Below the pieces are notes generated by a model. That model ran no database searches. It was given only the letters and a program-made list of their open reading frames with translations, and had not been told where the DNA came from. Shown here piece after piece: positions 1 through 11,325 of a stretch of 64,000 nucleotides of DNA. The translations under genes and the position numbers were made by a program. Source of the stretch: Octopus vulgaris (lineage: Eukaryota); NCBI GenBank assembly GCA_951406725.2, contig OX597815.1, forward strand, positions 181,474,001 through 181,538,000, written 5' to 3'. How positions within the stretch are numbered: position 1 is the first letter of the stretch; every line of letters starts with the position of its first letter.

Positions 1-190
1 CTTTCAAAATACAAAGATCTGGGAATAGAGATAAAAACAGAAATAGTCTCTGTTACAATAGGTGTATTAGGTATGATTAACATTCTTACGGACAAATACA
101 TAACCAAAACACCAGGACATACGAATATATGATACACATAGAAAATAACACTACTAGGTACCCACACATTCTACATAAAGTACTTTGAAT
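1..190 (+). mobile_element. Degenerate 3' end of a Dong/R4-clade (RLE) non-LTR retrotransposon ORF
   Basis: Frame 1 reads LSKYKDLGIEIKTEIVSVTIGVLGMIN...TPGHTNI*YT*KITLLGTH. This aligns by eye with the C-terminus of the 2843-3922 ORF (KYKDLLIEI...IPVIVGALGMIKK...QKIVLTGTSH). Two in-frame stops. Confidence 0.75.
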
Positions 191-205
191 AGTGAAAATC
201 GTGAG

Positions 206-500
206 ACTCCGTTGGTTACGACGATGAGCGTTTCAGTTGAGCGGAACAGCCTGCTCGTGAAATTAACGTGCAAGTGGCTGAGCACTCCACAGACACGTAT
301 ACCCTTAATGTAGTTTCGGGGAGATTCAGCGTGACACAGAGTGTGACATGGGTGGCTCCTTTGAAATACAGGTACAACAGAAACAGGAAGAAAGAGCGTG
401 AGAAAGTTGTGGTGGAAGAGTACAGCAAGGTCCACCAACCCCGCGTCCCAGTCAGAGCCTCGTGGAACTTTAGGTGTTTTCGCTCAATAAACACCCACAG
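206..500 (-). mobile_element. tRNA-derived SINE, head-truncated copy (A/A' chimeric type)
   Basis: Near-duplicate of 551-850; lacks the tRNA-like head. Confidence 0.8.
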
Positions 501-550
501 CCATGATCATCATGCTTTATTTTCTTTCTAGATAGTATATATTACTACGG

Positions 551-932
551 CACTCCGTCGGTTACGACGACGAGGGTTCGAGTTGATCCAATCAATGGGA
601 CAACTTGCTCGTGAAATTACCGTGCAAGTGGCTGAGCACTCCACAGACACGTGTACTCCTTAACGTAGTTCTCGGGGAGATTCAGCGTGACATAGAATGT
701 GACAAAGATGGTCCTTTGAAATACAGGTACAACAGAAACAAGAAGAAAGAGCGAGAGAAAGTTGTGGTGAACGAACATAGTAGGGTTCGCCACCCCCCGT
801 CTCTGCCAGAGCCTCGTAGAGCTTTAGGTGTTTTCGCTCAAAAAACACACACAACGCCCGGTCTGGGAATCGAAACTGCGATCCTACGACCGCAAGTCCC
901 CTGCCATAATCACCGGGCCATTGCGCCTCCAC
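551..932 (-). mobile_element. tRNA-derived SINE (A' head + A tail)
   Basis: Minus strand begins GTGGAGGCGCAATGGCCCGGTG (A box) ... GTTTCGATTCCC (B box). Head matches 40395-40592; tail matches 40684-40860. Confidence 0.85.
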
Positions 933-1669
933 ACAATGAAAATAACAACACCAAAACAAAGCTTAGCACATGTCCAAAGGACACAGAGCTGCCTTCAATA
1001 GAACAGTGAAAGCAGGTGATAAAAATATGGCTGCTGAAATACAAACTATTGATGTTGCCAGACATGTTTGAGATGAGAGCCACGAAAAGGATATACAAGT
1101 TTAAATATACGAGTTTAAACATTACCATCTGTACTTTCAACATAGTTTAAATGCCGAGTCAACCTTGAATCGCGGAATTGAATTAACAGTCACATTAACA
1201 ATTAACTAGCAGTTAAGCAGAATTAACGGCTAAACCAGCGTTGAAACATGAATGATTTGATATTAGAAGTTTCCCCATCGTTGATTTAAGGCTATTTCTT
1301 AGACTTAATATGTAGCTGTTGCTTACAATAAAACAAACAATTATCTATCGTTCTGGATCATTATTTTCAATTAGATTTAGGTAGCCCTGGTCATTTCCTT
1401 GCCTGAATTACCCACATCTCTTTAGTCTTCTTTCTTCCTCTCTTTCCTTTTGGTGCATGCTAATAACATTTGACATTTCCGCAAAGACCTTTGCCTCCTT
1501 TTATCCCCTGATGGCTATTCTAAATTATATTGACAAAGTGAAGAAGCGGACAAAGGTTATAAATATTAAGATAAACGGATGCATGTGTGATAAAGCTTCT
1601 CTGTAGGAATTTCGATATTAAGTATGTACTTTACCTTTTCGTTGAATAAGTAGCATGTATTACACACAG

Positions 1670-1705
<36 letters not shown>

Positions 1706-2415
1706 GTTTAATTTTACATATAGTTATAAATAAAACTTTCAAACGTTAAGTGAAGAATCACTTAGGAGTTTTAAATAGAATGTTGAATACATATAATTTT
1801 TCCAAAGACGGGGTTGATAGTGACTTCGAAGATTCGGCTTATAAAATAATATTGATATTAGAACCTCTTTTTGAGAGTATTTCAAACAAACTGTAGTTCA
1901 ATTTGGCCCTCTCCCGGTTTTATAATTTTAGCAATCTGTTCCCAGTAAAGTTTCGTATCAAACAATTGTGAAACTCGGTAGTTAAAACATGTATTTTTAT
2001 GGATTAGATAAACATTCCAAATATTCCATTGAAAACGATATCCTGCGAAAGGGGTTTCAAAATAAGTCCTTTTGCTTTCAGCTTTTAACATTATTCGAAA
2101 TACCACCAAAGATTTTGTTCACATCTAAGCAACATGGCTCTCTTAGTGGCAACGTAAAGCAAAGTTCCTTCCAATTCCAGGAATGCTTAGAGTTTTAAAA
2201 TTGATTTACTGTGCTGAAGAAATTCATCCATATATCACGTCATATACACTACATTATTTTCTGCCATTGAAATTATTTTCTTTTCTTTTCATGAAATGAA
2301 CATTTTTAAATGGGGGTTAGTATTTAATAGAAACTAAAATATCAAATTTAAATATATTTTAAAATCAATTCCTTGACGTTAACGGGTTAAAATACGTATT
2401 TTTCAGCTACATCAA

Positions 2416-2466
2416 TGTCTTGGGAAAATTTCGAACCTGGGGTCTCATTCCAGAGGTAATTTTCGA

Positions 2467-2527
<61 letters not shown>

Positions 2528-2765
2528 CAGGTCACCGCCTGGAATCGAACTCGGAATCTTGGGAGTTAAGAGCATATGGCATAGTGGTTAAGAGCGTGGG
2601 CTACTAACTTCATGACTCCAAGTTCGATTCCAGGTAGTGACTTGAATAATAATAATAATAGGAATCGAACTCGTAATCTTGGGGGGTTAAGAACATATGT
2701 CATAGTGGTTAAGAGCGCGGACTACTAACCCCAAGAGTCCAAGTTCGATTCCAGGTAGTGACCTG

Positions 2766-2840
<75 letters not shown>
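2416..2840. mobile_element. tRNA-headed non-autonomous element with inverted partial copies and (TAA)n tracts (left part of a nest)
   Basis: Two forward tRNA-like heads (2569-2645, 2690-2767; A box TGGCATAGTGG, B box GTTCGATTCC), each preceded by an inverted partial copy. 2416-2470 is the reverse complement of 4115-4169. Confidence 0.7.
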
Positions 2841-2841
<1 letters not shown>

Positions 2842-2842
2842 G

Positions 2843-3922
2843 GCAGACGTAGATCGCCTTTACCTTCCCAGAGCCCAAGGAGGTCGAGGCCTGATCCAAT
2901 TTGAACTAGCTTACAAAACAACCACAATTGGACTGGCCAAATATCTCGAAATATCGAATGACTGGATGCTAAAGCTCGTGGAAAATCACGAGAGACGAAA
3001 GAAGCTTCATTCTATCATAAAGGAAAGCAAAAAAATTGCTATTGATCTCGTGCAGGATACCCAAACTGAACAACCCGAGGGAAGTACGGCAACTATTGTT
3101 GCAAAGAAGGTGAAAATGATGGCAATGAAAAAAGCGCACGAGCAATTGGCTGATAGGTGGAAGGAGAAACCTCTGCACGGCAAATATGTGACCCGCAGCA
3201 AACAAGCTGATGTTGACCAGAAGCAAACCCATCAGTGGCTACGGAGCTCAGGGCTAAAAGCAGAGAGTGAAGGTTTCATCCTGGCTGCTCAAGATCAAAG
3301 CCTATTAACCCGGAACTACCAGGCCAATGTGATGAAAAATGGAGCAGACCCAAAATGCCGATTCTGCAACGACATGATTGAAACAGTGGACCACCTAATC
3401 TCTGGATGTAAAGTCTTAGCACCAGTGGAGTATAAATTAAGACATGACAGAGTTGGCCAATATCTCCACTGGCTAATAAGTCGGCATTGCAATATCAAAA
3501 CTGCCGACAAGTGGTATAATCACCACCCTGAGGCTGTAACTGAAGGAGAAAATGTAACCATTCTGTGGGACTTTCCAGTACATACAGACCGAACCATCAA
3601 GGCCAATAAACCAGATATTGTTGTGAAAGACCAAAACAATAAAGTTTGCTTATTGATCGACATGAGCATCCCCTGTGATCATAATATCTCAGCGAAAGAG
3701 TTTGACAAGCTCAGAAAATATAAAGACCTACTCATTGAAATTGAGAAAATGTGGCATCTCAAGGCGGTTACAATACCAGTGATCGTAGGAGCACTAGGAA
3801 TGATCAAGAAGGGAACCGAAAATTATATGAGAATGATCCCTGGCTTACCATCCCTGCAAGAAGTGCAAAAGATTGTCTTAACTGGTACATCACACGTATT
3901 GAGAAGAGCATTGTCAATGTGA
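2843..3922 (+). CDS. Partial (C-terminal ~360 aa) RT-RLE ORF of a Dong/R4-type retrotransposon
   Basis: Uninterrupted frame (ORF track 2966-3922 plus in-frame upstream codons) with CCHC and PD..D endonuclease motifs. The RT core is missing. Confidence 0.85.
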   Translation, partial: ADVDRLYLPRAQGGRGLIQFELAYKTTTIGLAKYLEISNDWMLKLVENHERRKKLHSIIKESKKIAIDLVQDTQTEQPEGSTATIVAKKVKMMAMKKAHEQLADRWKEKPLHGKYVTRSKQADVDQKQTHQWLRSSGLKAESEGFILAAQDQSLLTRNYQANVMKNGADPKCRFCNDMIETVDHLISGCKVLAPVEYKLRHDRVGQYLHWLISRHCNIKTADKWYNHHPEAVTEGENVTILWDFPVHTDRTIKANKPDIVVKDQNNKVCLLIDMSIPCDHNISAKEFDKLRKYKDLLIEIEKMWHLKAVTIPVIVGALGMIKKGTENYMRMIPGLPSLQEVQKIVLTGTSHVLRRALSM

Positions 3923-4098
3923 GAACTGTTGCTGCTCATGTATTTTAATTTAACTTTAATAAAAAAATAAAAAAATTTACGAACTACTGAGTTTGGTTTA
4001 ATGGCCTACCAATGTATACTATGAGTTTCTTTTCCGTAGGAGTCGGGAAGACACTCGGCAAGAAATGGAAGCAAATTTGAAAGAAGAAGAAAAAAAAG
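2843..4098 (+). mobile_element. 5'-truncated Dong/R4-clade non-LTR retrotransposon (RT thumb, CCHC knuckle, restriction-like endonuclease) inserted in (TAA)n
   Basis: Open frame 2843-3922 starts ADVDRLYLPRAQGGRGL. It contains CRFCNDMIETVDHLISGC, RHD and KPDIV...LIDM...KYKDL. 3' UTR ends in an A-rich tail; (TAA)n on both sides. Confidence 0.92.
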
Positions 4099-4114
4099 TA
4101 ATAATAATAATAAT

Positions 4115-4206
4115 AACATTGAAAAATACCTTAGGAATGAGAACCCAAGTTCGAAATTTCCCCAAAACACCTGATTAAGGGTGGAGAGTATATCAGACGA
4201 AACGTT
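4115..4206 (+). mobile_element. Distal part of the tRNA-headed element, with a degenerate hammerhead-like core
   Basis: ACAC-CTGATTA-AGGGTGGAGAGTATATCAGAC-GAAA-CGTT is one substitution from a CUGAUGA...GAAA core. Its 5' part is the inverted repeat of 2416-2470. Confidence 0.5.
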
Positions 4207-4899
4207 CTCTGCTACATTTTCTTAGTTATGAACATAATTCCTTTCATGAGTGTAGTGTATGTTTTCACTATCTACTTCTAAGCAATTCTACCAAACTGAT
4301 TTATTACTAACGTCAAACAGATGCAACATGAAGCTATTGAGAGATGTTCACCATGCAAAAATATGGCGTTGCTTAAAATAAAATCATCAGAAGTAAACCA
4401 CCAGCTTAACAATATTCCAACCAATGTTTCGCGTCATCTGCGTCAGTTTTCATCCAATAGGAATCGGCTGAATCATGAACTTAACTTATACAGTACACTT
4501 AGCAGCTTCTTGCATAAACAGAAACATACATACAGACGTGTGTGTGTGTATGTGTGTGTGTGTGTGTGTGTAAATAAGCAAGATATTTTCATTTACAAAT
4601 GTTATATTAAAGACATGACTATTTTAAACTTTTAAAGATATTTTAAGTGTTCTTTATTAATCGCTGGTGTTTACTTTTTCTAATGCATCTCTCCATTGAA
4701 TCTCAAGTGCAAAGAAGGTTTAAATATTAAAAAATGTTACGTGTAAAACAAGCATTGCTTAATGACGGTTTCCTGATACAGGATTAATTCTCCGCCCACA
4801 ACAACAACAGATGCAGCAAATACTAACTTACAGTCCATCAAGGTCAAGATGGTTACACAAAACGGAAGAAAAATGACGAGAACTGGAACGGAGTATGGG

Positions 4900-5410
4900 A
4901 GGGAACAGCAGATCTTGTTTTAATACATTTCGATATCAACAAGGAAGAAAGCGGATATGGCAATATGGCGTGAGAAATGTAAATTAATACACCTTGTTGT
5001 ATTAACTGTTCCACACAAAGACAATATAGAATGCAGCCCAGGAAAGATGAGTGTTATGAGACGGTGCTGGAAGATTGTATACATGCTGGTAGGAGGAGTA
5101 AAAGGCACTTTCTTGTAGAAGGTAGAAGTATGGATTTTATTGGGGCCAGACTGAGACGGTGGCTGCTATCAACTGGTATCCAATATCAGTAAGCAAAAGC
5201 CACCTTGAAAGAGATTTAGACTACAGTTAAGAGGGTTAGCCATTCGATATGACTGTCAAGAAATGACAAAACTGGGCTGGAGAAATGCGCTTGCGATCGA
5301 ACACCAGTCAATCGAAATCAGTGAGGGGACTGGTCCACTGTAAAACCTTCGAGAGGAAGGACTGGAAACGGTGTGTATTTTCTCGTGATGATCCCTGAAA
5401 CCTACAGGTA
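4900..5410 (+). mobile_element. Decayed RLE-type LINE 3' fragment (HERO/NeSL-like)
   Basis: Frameshifted translation KADMAIWREKCKLIHLVVLTVPHKDNIE...KDECYETVLEDC...HFLVEGR resembles the RPDIVIW...ELTVP.E.N...K...Y endonuclease motif. Confidence 0.6.
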
Positions 5411-5580
5411 CTCAGTATGCAGAGTTTTAAACTGACTGTACTTACACTAGCAAGATGTTTCTAAGTCTTATATAAAAACTAAATAACAGCATAAATAAAT
5501 GTTTTATTAAAATACAAGTCAGTATATATCACACGCAAGCAGAAATTCATTCCATGTATTACAAAAATACCCCAAATATA

Positions 5581-5983
5581 TATTTCTTTACTACCCACAT
5601 AGAGGGGAAAAACAAGGAGAGACAAAGGGATTAAGTCGATTACATCGACCTAGTGCGAAACTGGTACTTTATTTATCGACCCCAAGAGGATGAAAGGCAA
5701 AGTCGACCTCGGCGGAATTTGAACTCAGAACGTAACGACGGACGAAATACCTATTTCTTTACTACCCACACGGGGCTAAACACAGAGGGGACAAACAAGG
5801 ACAGACACACGGATTAAGCCGATTATATCGACTCCAGTGCCTAACTGGTACTTATTTAATCGACCCCGAAAGGATGACAGGCAAAGTCGACCTCGGCGGA
5901 ATTTGAACTCAGAACGTAGCAGCAGACGAAATACCGCTAAGCATTACGCCCGGCGCGCTAACGTTTACGCCAGCTCGCCGCCT
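5581..5983 (-). mobile_element. SINE family B, tandem dimer
   Basis: Head AGGCGGCGAGCTGGC...GAGTTCAAATTCC, two units. Flanked by ACCCCAAATATA at 5569-5580 and 5988-5999. Confidence 0.9.
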
Positions 5984-6865
5984 AAAAACCCCAAATATAG
6001 CCGAATGAAAATCCACCTCATAACGTTTATTCGTCAGTTGAGCATAATTCTACAACAAAGACCCACCACAACGCATTATAATGCAGTGCACTAAATAAAA
6101 CTGAATATATAAATTGGCAGCGCTATAACTTTATATAGAAGGTAACAAAAATATGAAGAACAACTATGGAAATATCACTAATAGTAATATACAAACTAAA
6201 ATTCAACAAAGATTCATAGCACATAAATCACGAAATCTACGTCACCCGATGTTAACCTTTGTATAATTTTTGAAGTCCGGTGCTGATTATTTGATCAGTT
6301 ACAACAAAATTCCCATGATCCTTTGTGACATACTTCAAAGCGCACAAACGACAAGTCAGAATTACAGTTATTACACACTACACTAAAGAACCTCAAAAAA
6401 ATTAAGAGAAAAATATTTATTAATGATCTATAGCATAATAGAATTCTCCGTAAAAAAAAAAGGCGACTATGGCAGCAATATTCATATTTTATCGCAAAAA
6501 TTGAACTCTAACGGTCAAATACTAGCGGTAAAGTTTGCATAAATATAAGTAGTTTATTGTGAAAAAGGCAGCGAAGTAGGTAACTTGATTTCAAAGACTG
6601 ATGATACGGAAAGGATCTTGATATGTTGGTAAAATGAATTTAGAAATTTTTACTGATTCGAACAAACTGCAATGGTGTCTTATAAGAAAATAGGAAAAAG
6701 CTAAACTTGAAAATTGTAATCTTTTTAAATCCAACTCGCATAAACACGCATGTACTTACACATACCGATATACATACACAAAAAATTACATGCATACATA
6801 CAATCATATTTGGATGCACACACACACGTTTCGGCACCAAGCTATCTTGTGCCAAACCAACTATA

Positions 6866-8033
6866 GGGGAGACCAGGTCTAGTTCTTACATCTTTTTTGC
6901 CACATAAATGAACACAGCTGAAATTTCTTTTCCGATTTAATTAGTAAAACATCTTTATTTATTGCTATCACCAACAAAAAACAAATTACATAACATTAAT
7001 TAGACAAGTTCTAATTAATGAGGTGTTGTCAGCTGTAACAATTGTCTCCGAATGCGGGGTACGTTGTGACACTTACTCGGGTACTTTGTTACAACTGTTG
7101 ATAACTCGGAATTATGTTAACAAGTTTAAAATGAATACGTCTCATGCTTCTTGCATCTAGGAAGTATTATTTTAATTAATTAATTGTGCTTTGAACCAAC
7201 TCATATCCTAACTGTGATACTGGTGTGAGAAATGTAAAATAGTACTCAGTCTTTACAGATCATGCATTGCACCCATTCTTCACTTGGAAGGGAGTTGGAA
7301 TACCAATCTGAGCAGACAAGGCATTTCCAATCGGCGACTTGTTTGCTGCGAGGTTACTCCCCTTTGCCTTTACCCGTTTTAGTTGACTTTCCCTTCCCCT
7401 TTGTTGCCTTTTTTGTACCAGTTGCCTTTTTTGGTTTGGATTTCCGTTCGTTTATTTCATCTACCATGCGCTGTTTTACAGCAACATCCCGTAATGATTT
7501 CTTTTCATTCACAACTTTTCTGGCAGCTCTTTCCATGACATCAGGAGGGGTATCTCCCCTGGTAGTCTTCCTTTTGTAATTTCTAGGCATGGTGTGTTAA
7601 ACTGAAATAGAAGGGGTAAGTTGTTACATGCCTGGGGTACGTTGATACACTGTAACAATTAGCCCCGACCATGGATTTCTGGGGATTACCTCGAACACAG
7701 TACTAGCAATTCATGGCATCCAGGACACACCTTCATGTATCGAAGGCAAATTCCAACACTTCCTAATGAGCCACTAACTACTTCAGTAATACCACTTGTG
7801 CTTTCGTAGTTAAGGAAATAACTTTGAGGCAAAATTTCCCTTTTGGAGTAAAAAATCGTTTTTTGAGCCATACCTTTGCTGGTGACAGCCCGCCAGTGCA
7901 ATACACATGTGCAGTAATGATGCTATGGAGTTGGCCTTCACGTGGTAGAGACCCGAGCGCCACCTATTTCTTGAAGTTGGAAACAATGGGCTTGTAACAA
8001 CTTAACCGTGTAACAACTAGACCCGGTCTCCCC
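6866..8033 (-). mobile_element. Internally deleted pogo-like (Tc1/mariner superfamily) DNA transposon
   Basis: TIRs GGGGAGACC(A/G)GGTCTAGTT..TACA with TA flanks. ORF 7590-7354 (MPRNYKRKT...MERAARKVVNEKKSLRDVA) resembles an HTH_psq N-terminus joined to a K-rich tail. An EEWVQCMIC PHD-like remnant lies near 7250-7282. Confidence 0.8.
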
Positions 8034-8157
8034 TACTTTTGGTCATCTGTTTACCCTCTATTTTAGTATATTAATGATGTTTATTTTCAAAACTCACATG
8101 CATTTCTTTCCTTCATTGCAGGAGATATATAATAAAATTATTAAAGCGAGGACTCAC

Positions 8158-8361
8158 CTTATCGTACGTTCCCTGTATTGCTTTACGGCCACCATCTAAG
8201 ATTACTTAAAATCATTGCACCAAACAAGCAACTCTGTGAGTAATGTCTATTATTTCTGTGTAGTTGTTTCAATATTGTTATGATCTGGATTTTCTTTCAT
8301 AGAAATCGCAGACCAATGCAACAATAATATCGGACAGCTTCATTGTATGCTGAAGGTGGAT
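8158..8361 (-). other. Candidate spliced exon (non-coding or UTR)
   Basis: Minus strand: TTTTGTAAATTTTGCAG| acceptor and AAG|GTGAGT donor bracket 204 bp of unique sequence. Stops in all frames. Confidence 0.35.
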
Positions 8362-9381
8362 CTGCAAAATTTACAAAACTGGCAGTTATTCTTTTGTCGA
8401 TTCCATCCAGATTTTGTCAATAAAAGAATTCTCAGTTACGCTATGAGTAGAAATAAGTGACTGTTCTCTAAGGGAAGATAAATCTCGTACATAATTGTTT
8501 TTACTTACATTTGTAATATAGAAAATTAGTGCCAAATAAAATAACTGTATCTATAAGGGAGAAAATCAATTTCCCCTTTTAACACTGAGAGAAAACAACA
8601 ACATTTCATTCTAAAATGGTAGCTTTCTTTTCTACTTGTATCTTTTTACTTCTAGACTTACTTTTCCTACTTTTAATTTGACATATTATCACTAGTCCGA
8701 TAAATTAGGCACCATTTATCAACCGACGATCGAATCAATTGACTTAAACAACTTCTACAAATGGCTGGTATTACATCAAATCGCCATGGCCGAACTGGCA
8801 AAACAAGCTTCCACATTCAGTTGCATCATTTATAATTTGAATTCAAATTATATGCAACTACATTTTTCTGCGCGTATTTTTTTAATCTGCTAGCAGTTTA
8901 ATAAAATAAACTCTATTATGCAGAAAACATTTAATCGATAAAACCCCTCTGAACAATTTTGTCTGAGGCTAACTTACGTTGAAATATTCTTTTGAAAGTT
9001 ATATCCTTCACATCTTTATTGTCAAAATAATTATCATTGTCTGATATATAAAATGCTGGAAATTTGTTGTTATAATTTGTTTAGAACAGGTCCTCCCTGA
9101 TTATGCAGATCTATGATAAACGGTGTTCTTACTGGGGACCTATGCTGCTTTTTCTTAAGTGATGTGTAGAATATTTGAGAGAACATTACTTAATGAGTCT
9201 TCTTTTTCGAAGGCGGTGCCATGCAATTTTGAGCAAGATTTGGTCATAGAGTGACAAGTTTTCAACGCCAACTCTAATTGAGCACTTCAGGCAAAACGGT
9301 GCCAAGAACGGTCAAACGCCTGTTTGGATATTTATTGTTTATGAGATAGGGAACAACGGCAAAAGACATGCTCCATATAGA

Positions 9382-9752
9382 TTTTGTTTCTCTAGTTTCA
9401 GCTCAGAGCTGCCGCCATGCTGATGCACCGCCGTTTTGCTACACTGTTATTACTAAGAGCCTCCTCTAATATGTGGCACTTGGTGAAGCATGGAGTTTGA
9501 TATAGCTACCCTCATTTTCACCTCTTGCCGTGAGTTAGGTTCATCTGTGACTCTCGACAAGAAGAGGTCCAGTTTTGATTTAAAAACCCTACATCTACTT
9601 TGTGCAAGTTCCTCAGACTCTTTGGGAGAATATTAAAAAGCTGTGGGACCTTGAAACCCAGGCTGTTGCAGTAACTGGTCCTGAAGCGTGATGGCATTGC
9701 TGGAACCTTTGGCACTATGCAGTGTCGTCCCGTTCTGGCATTGGTGTAGCTT
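9382..9752 (-). mobile_element. CR1/L2-group LINE 3' fragment
   Basis: PKVPAMPSRFRTSYCNSLGFKVPQLFNILPKSLRNL...FKSKLDLFLSRVTDEP (frameshifted). 3' end GGCGGTGCATCAGCATGGCGGCAGCTCTGAGCTGAAAC. Confidence 0.8.
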
Positions 9753-10743
9753 TCAATTATCTAACATCTATATGGATCATGTTGAGAGTGTCGCCAAACA
9801 ATTACTATTAAAATCTCTTAACTTTTACGCGCAGAATATTTTACTTCATCTGTAACATTTAATACATCGACGGTAAAATTTCAGTTTTAGATTGAACATA
9901 AAGTTATCGATCACCATTCTGCACTCATTAACACCTGATAAAATTCTGGATGTTATTCAACAAGGCTTCAGTGATCAGAAGTGAAGGAATGCATATTAAA
10001 ATGCCTTTGAAGTTTTCCTCACTTATTTTTTTGGGATGTGATCTGGTGCGTACTTCCTTCTGATTGCCGAGTTGATATGGTTAAATAAGCAATGTAATTT
10101 TTAGCAATCTTGTTCCAAACGGGAAGTGAGTATAAAATATTATATGACAAAACTTTAAAAAGCACTTAGAATTTCACACTCTGTAAATTATAAAAATATT
10201 TAAAATACTGAATGGCCACTGATGTTAGTTGGCCATTTTTACAGAATATTTTCACAAAAGTTCATATTAATATGCAAACCATTTAATCTCCATAACTTTG
10301 TAATTTTATAATGTTATATAATTATGCTTTCAGAATTTGTTGGTTAATTTAGAATCTCTTTCACGGTAAACGAACGCGTGAAATGTGCGGCGCCAGTTAA
10401 CTGAACAGTTACCATTTTTCTTTGACTAAACTTTCATCTCTAAAAAATATCTTGATATGTTCTTTTGATCAGAAGTCGAGCGGCGTGATGGAAACCAATA
10501 GCTTGCCGTTATGCAAGATAACGTACCACCTCACAGTCGCAGTTCACAACTAGTTAGATAAAATGTTGTTAGAAAGACGAATAGGTCATGAGTCTGTAGC
10601 TATGCGGTGGTAAGCTAGACCTATATCTTCCTAGTGTGATTCATGAAATCAAAGGTGTACTGCATTTGCACCGCGAACATATTGGAACGTATTACAGTTC
10701 CTTTTACTGAGATCATAGCTAAGATACACCTGAACACTTTGCA

Positions 10744-11325
10744 GGGCGGCGAGCTGGCAGAAACGTTAGCAGGCCGGGCGAAATGCGTAGCCGTATTTCG
10801 TCTGCCGCTACGTTCTGAGTTCAAATTCCGCCGAGGTCGACTTTGCCTTTCATCCTGTCGGGCTCGATTAAATAAGTACCAGTTACGCACTGGGGTCGAT
10901 ATAATCCGTTTGTCTGTCCTTGTTTGTCCCCTCTGTGTTTAGCCCCTTGTGGGTAGTAAAGAAATAGGTATTTCGTCTGCCGCTACGTTCTAATTTCAAA
11001 TTCCGCTGAGGTCGACTTTGCCTTTCATCCTGTCGGGCTCGATTAAATAAGTACCAGTTACGCACTGGAGTCGATATAATCCGTTTGTCTGTCCTTGTTT
11101 GTCCCCTCTGTGTTTAGCCCCTTGTGGGTAGTAAAGAAATAGGTATTTCGTCTGCCGCTACGTTCTAATTTCAAATTCCGCTGAGGTCGACTTTGCCTTT
11201 CATCCTATCGGGGTCGATTAAATAAGTACCAGTTACGCACTGGGGTCGATGTAATCGACTTAATCCCTTTGTCTGTCCTTGTTTGTCCGCTCTGTGTATA
11301 GCCCTTATGGGTAGTAAAGAAATAT
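10744..11325 (+). mobile_element. SINE family B, tandem trimer
   Basis: One full head plus two re-starts at GTATTTCGTCTGCCG. 20-bp TSD with 2 mismatches at 10724-10743 and 11326-11345. Confidence 0.92.

Noticed and set aside
268-1009. Duplicated small ORFs (PLKYRYNRN...)
   Set aside because: Antisense read-through of two SINE copies.
2569-2767. tRNA genes
   Set aside because: A/B boxes and an anticodon-like arm are present, but there is no acceptor stem and the sequence runs into (TAA)n. These are repeat heads, as are the other tRNA-like SINE heads.
10744-11325. CRISPR-like array
   Set aside because: Contiguous ~180-bp SINE units with no unique spacers, in a eukaryotic context.
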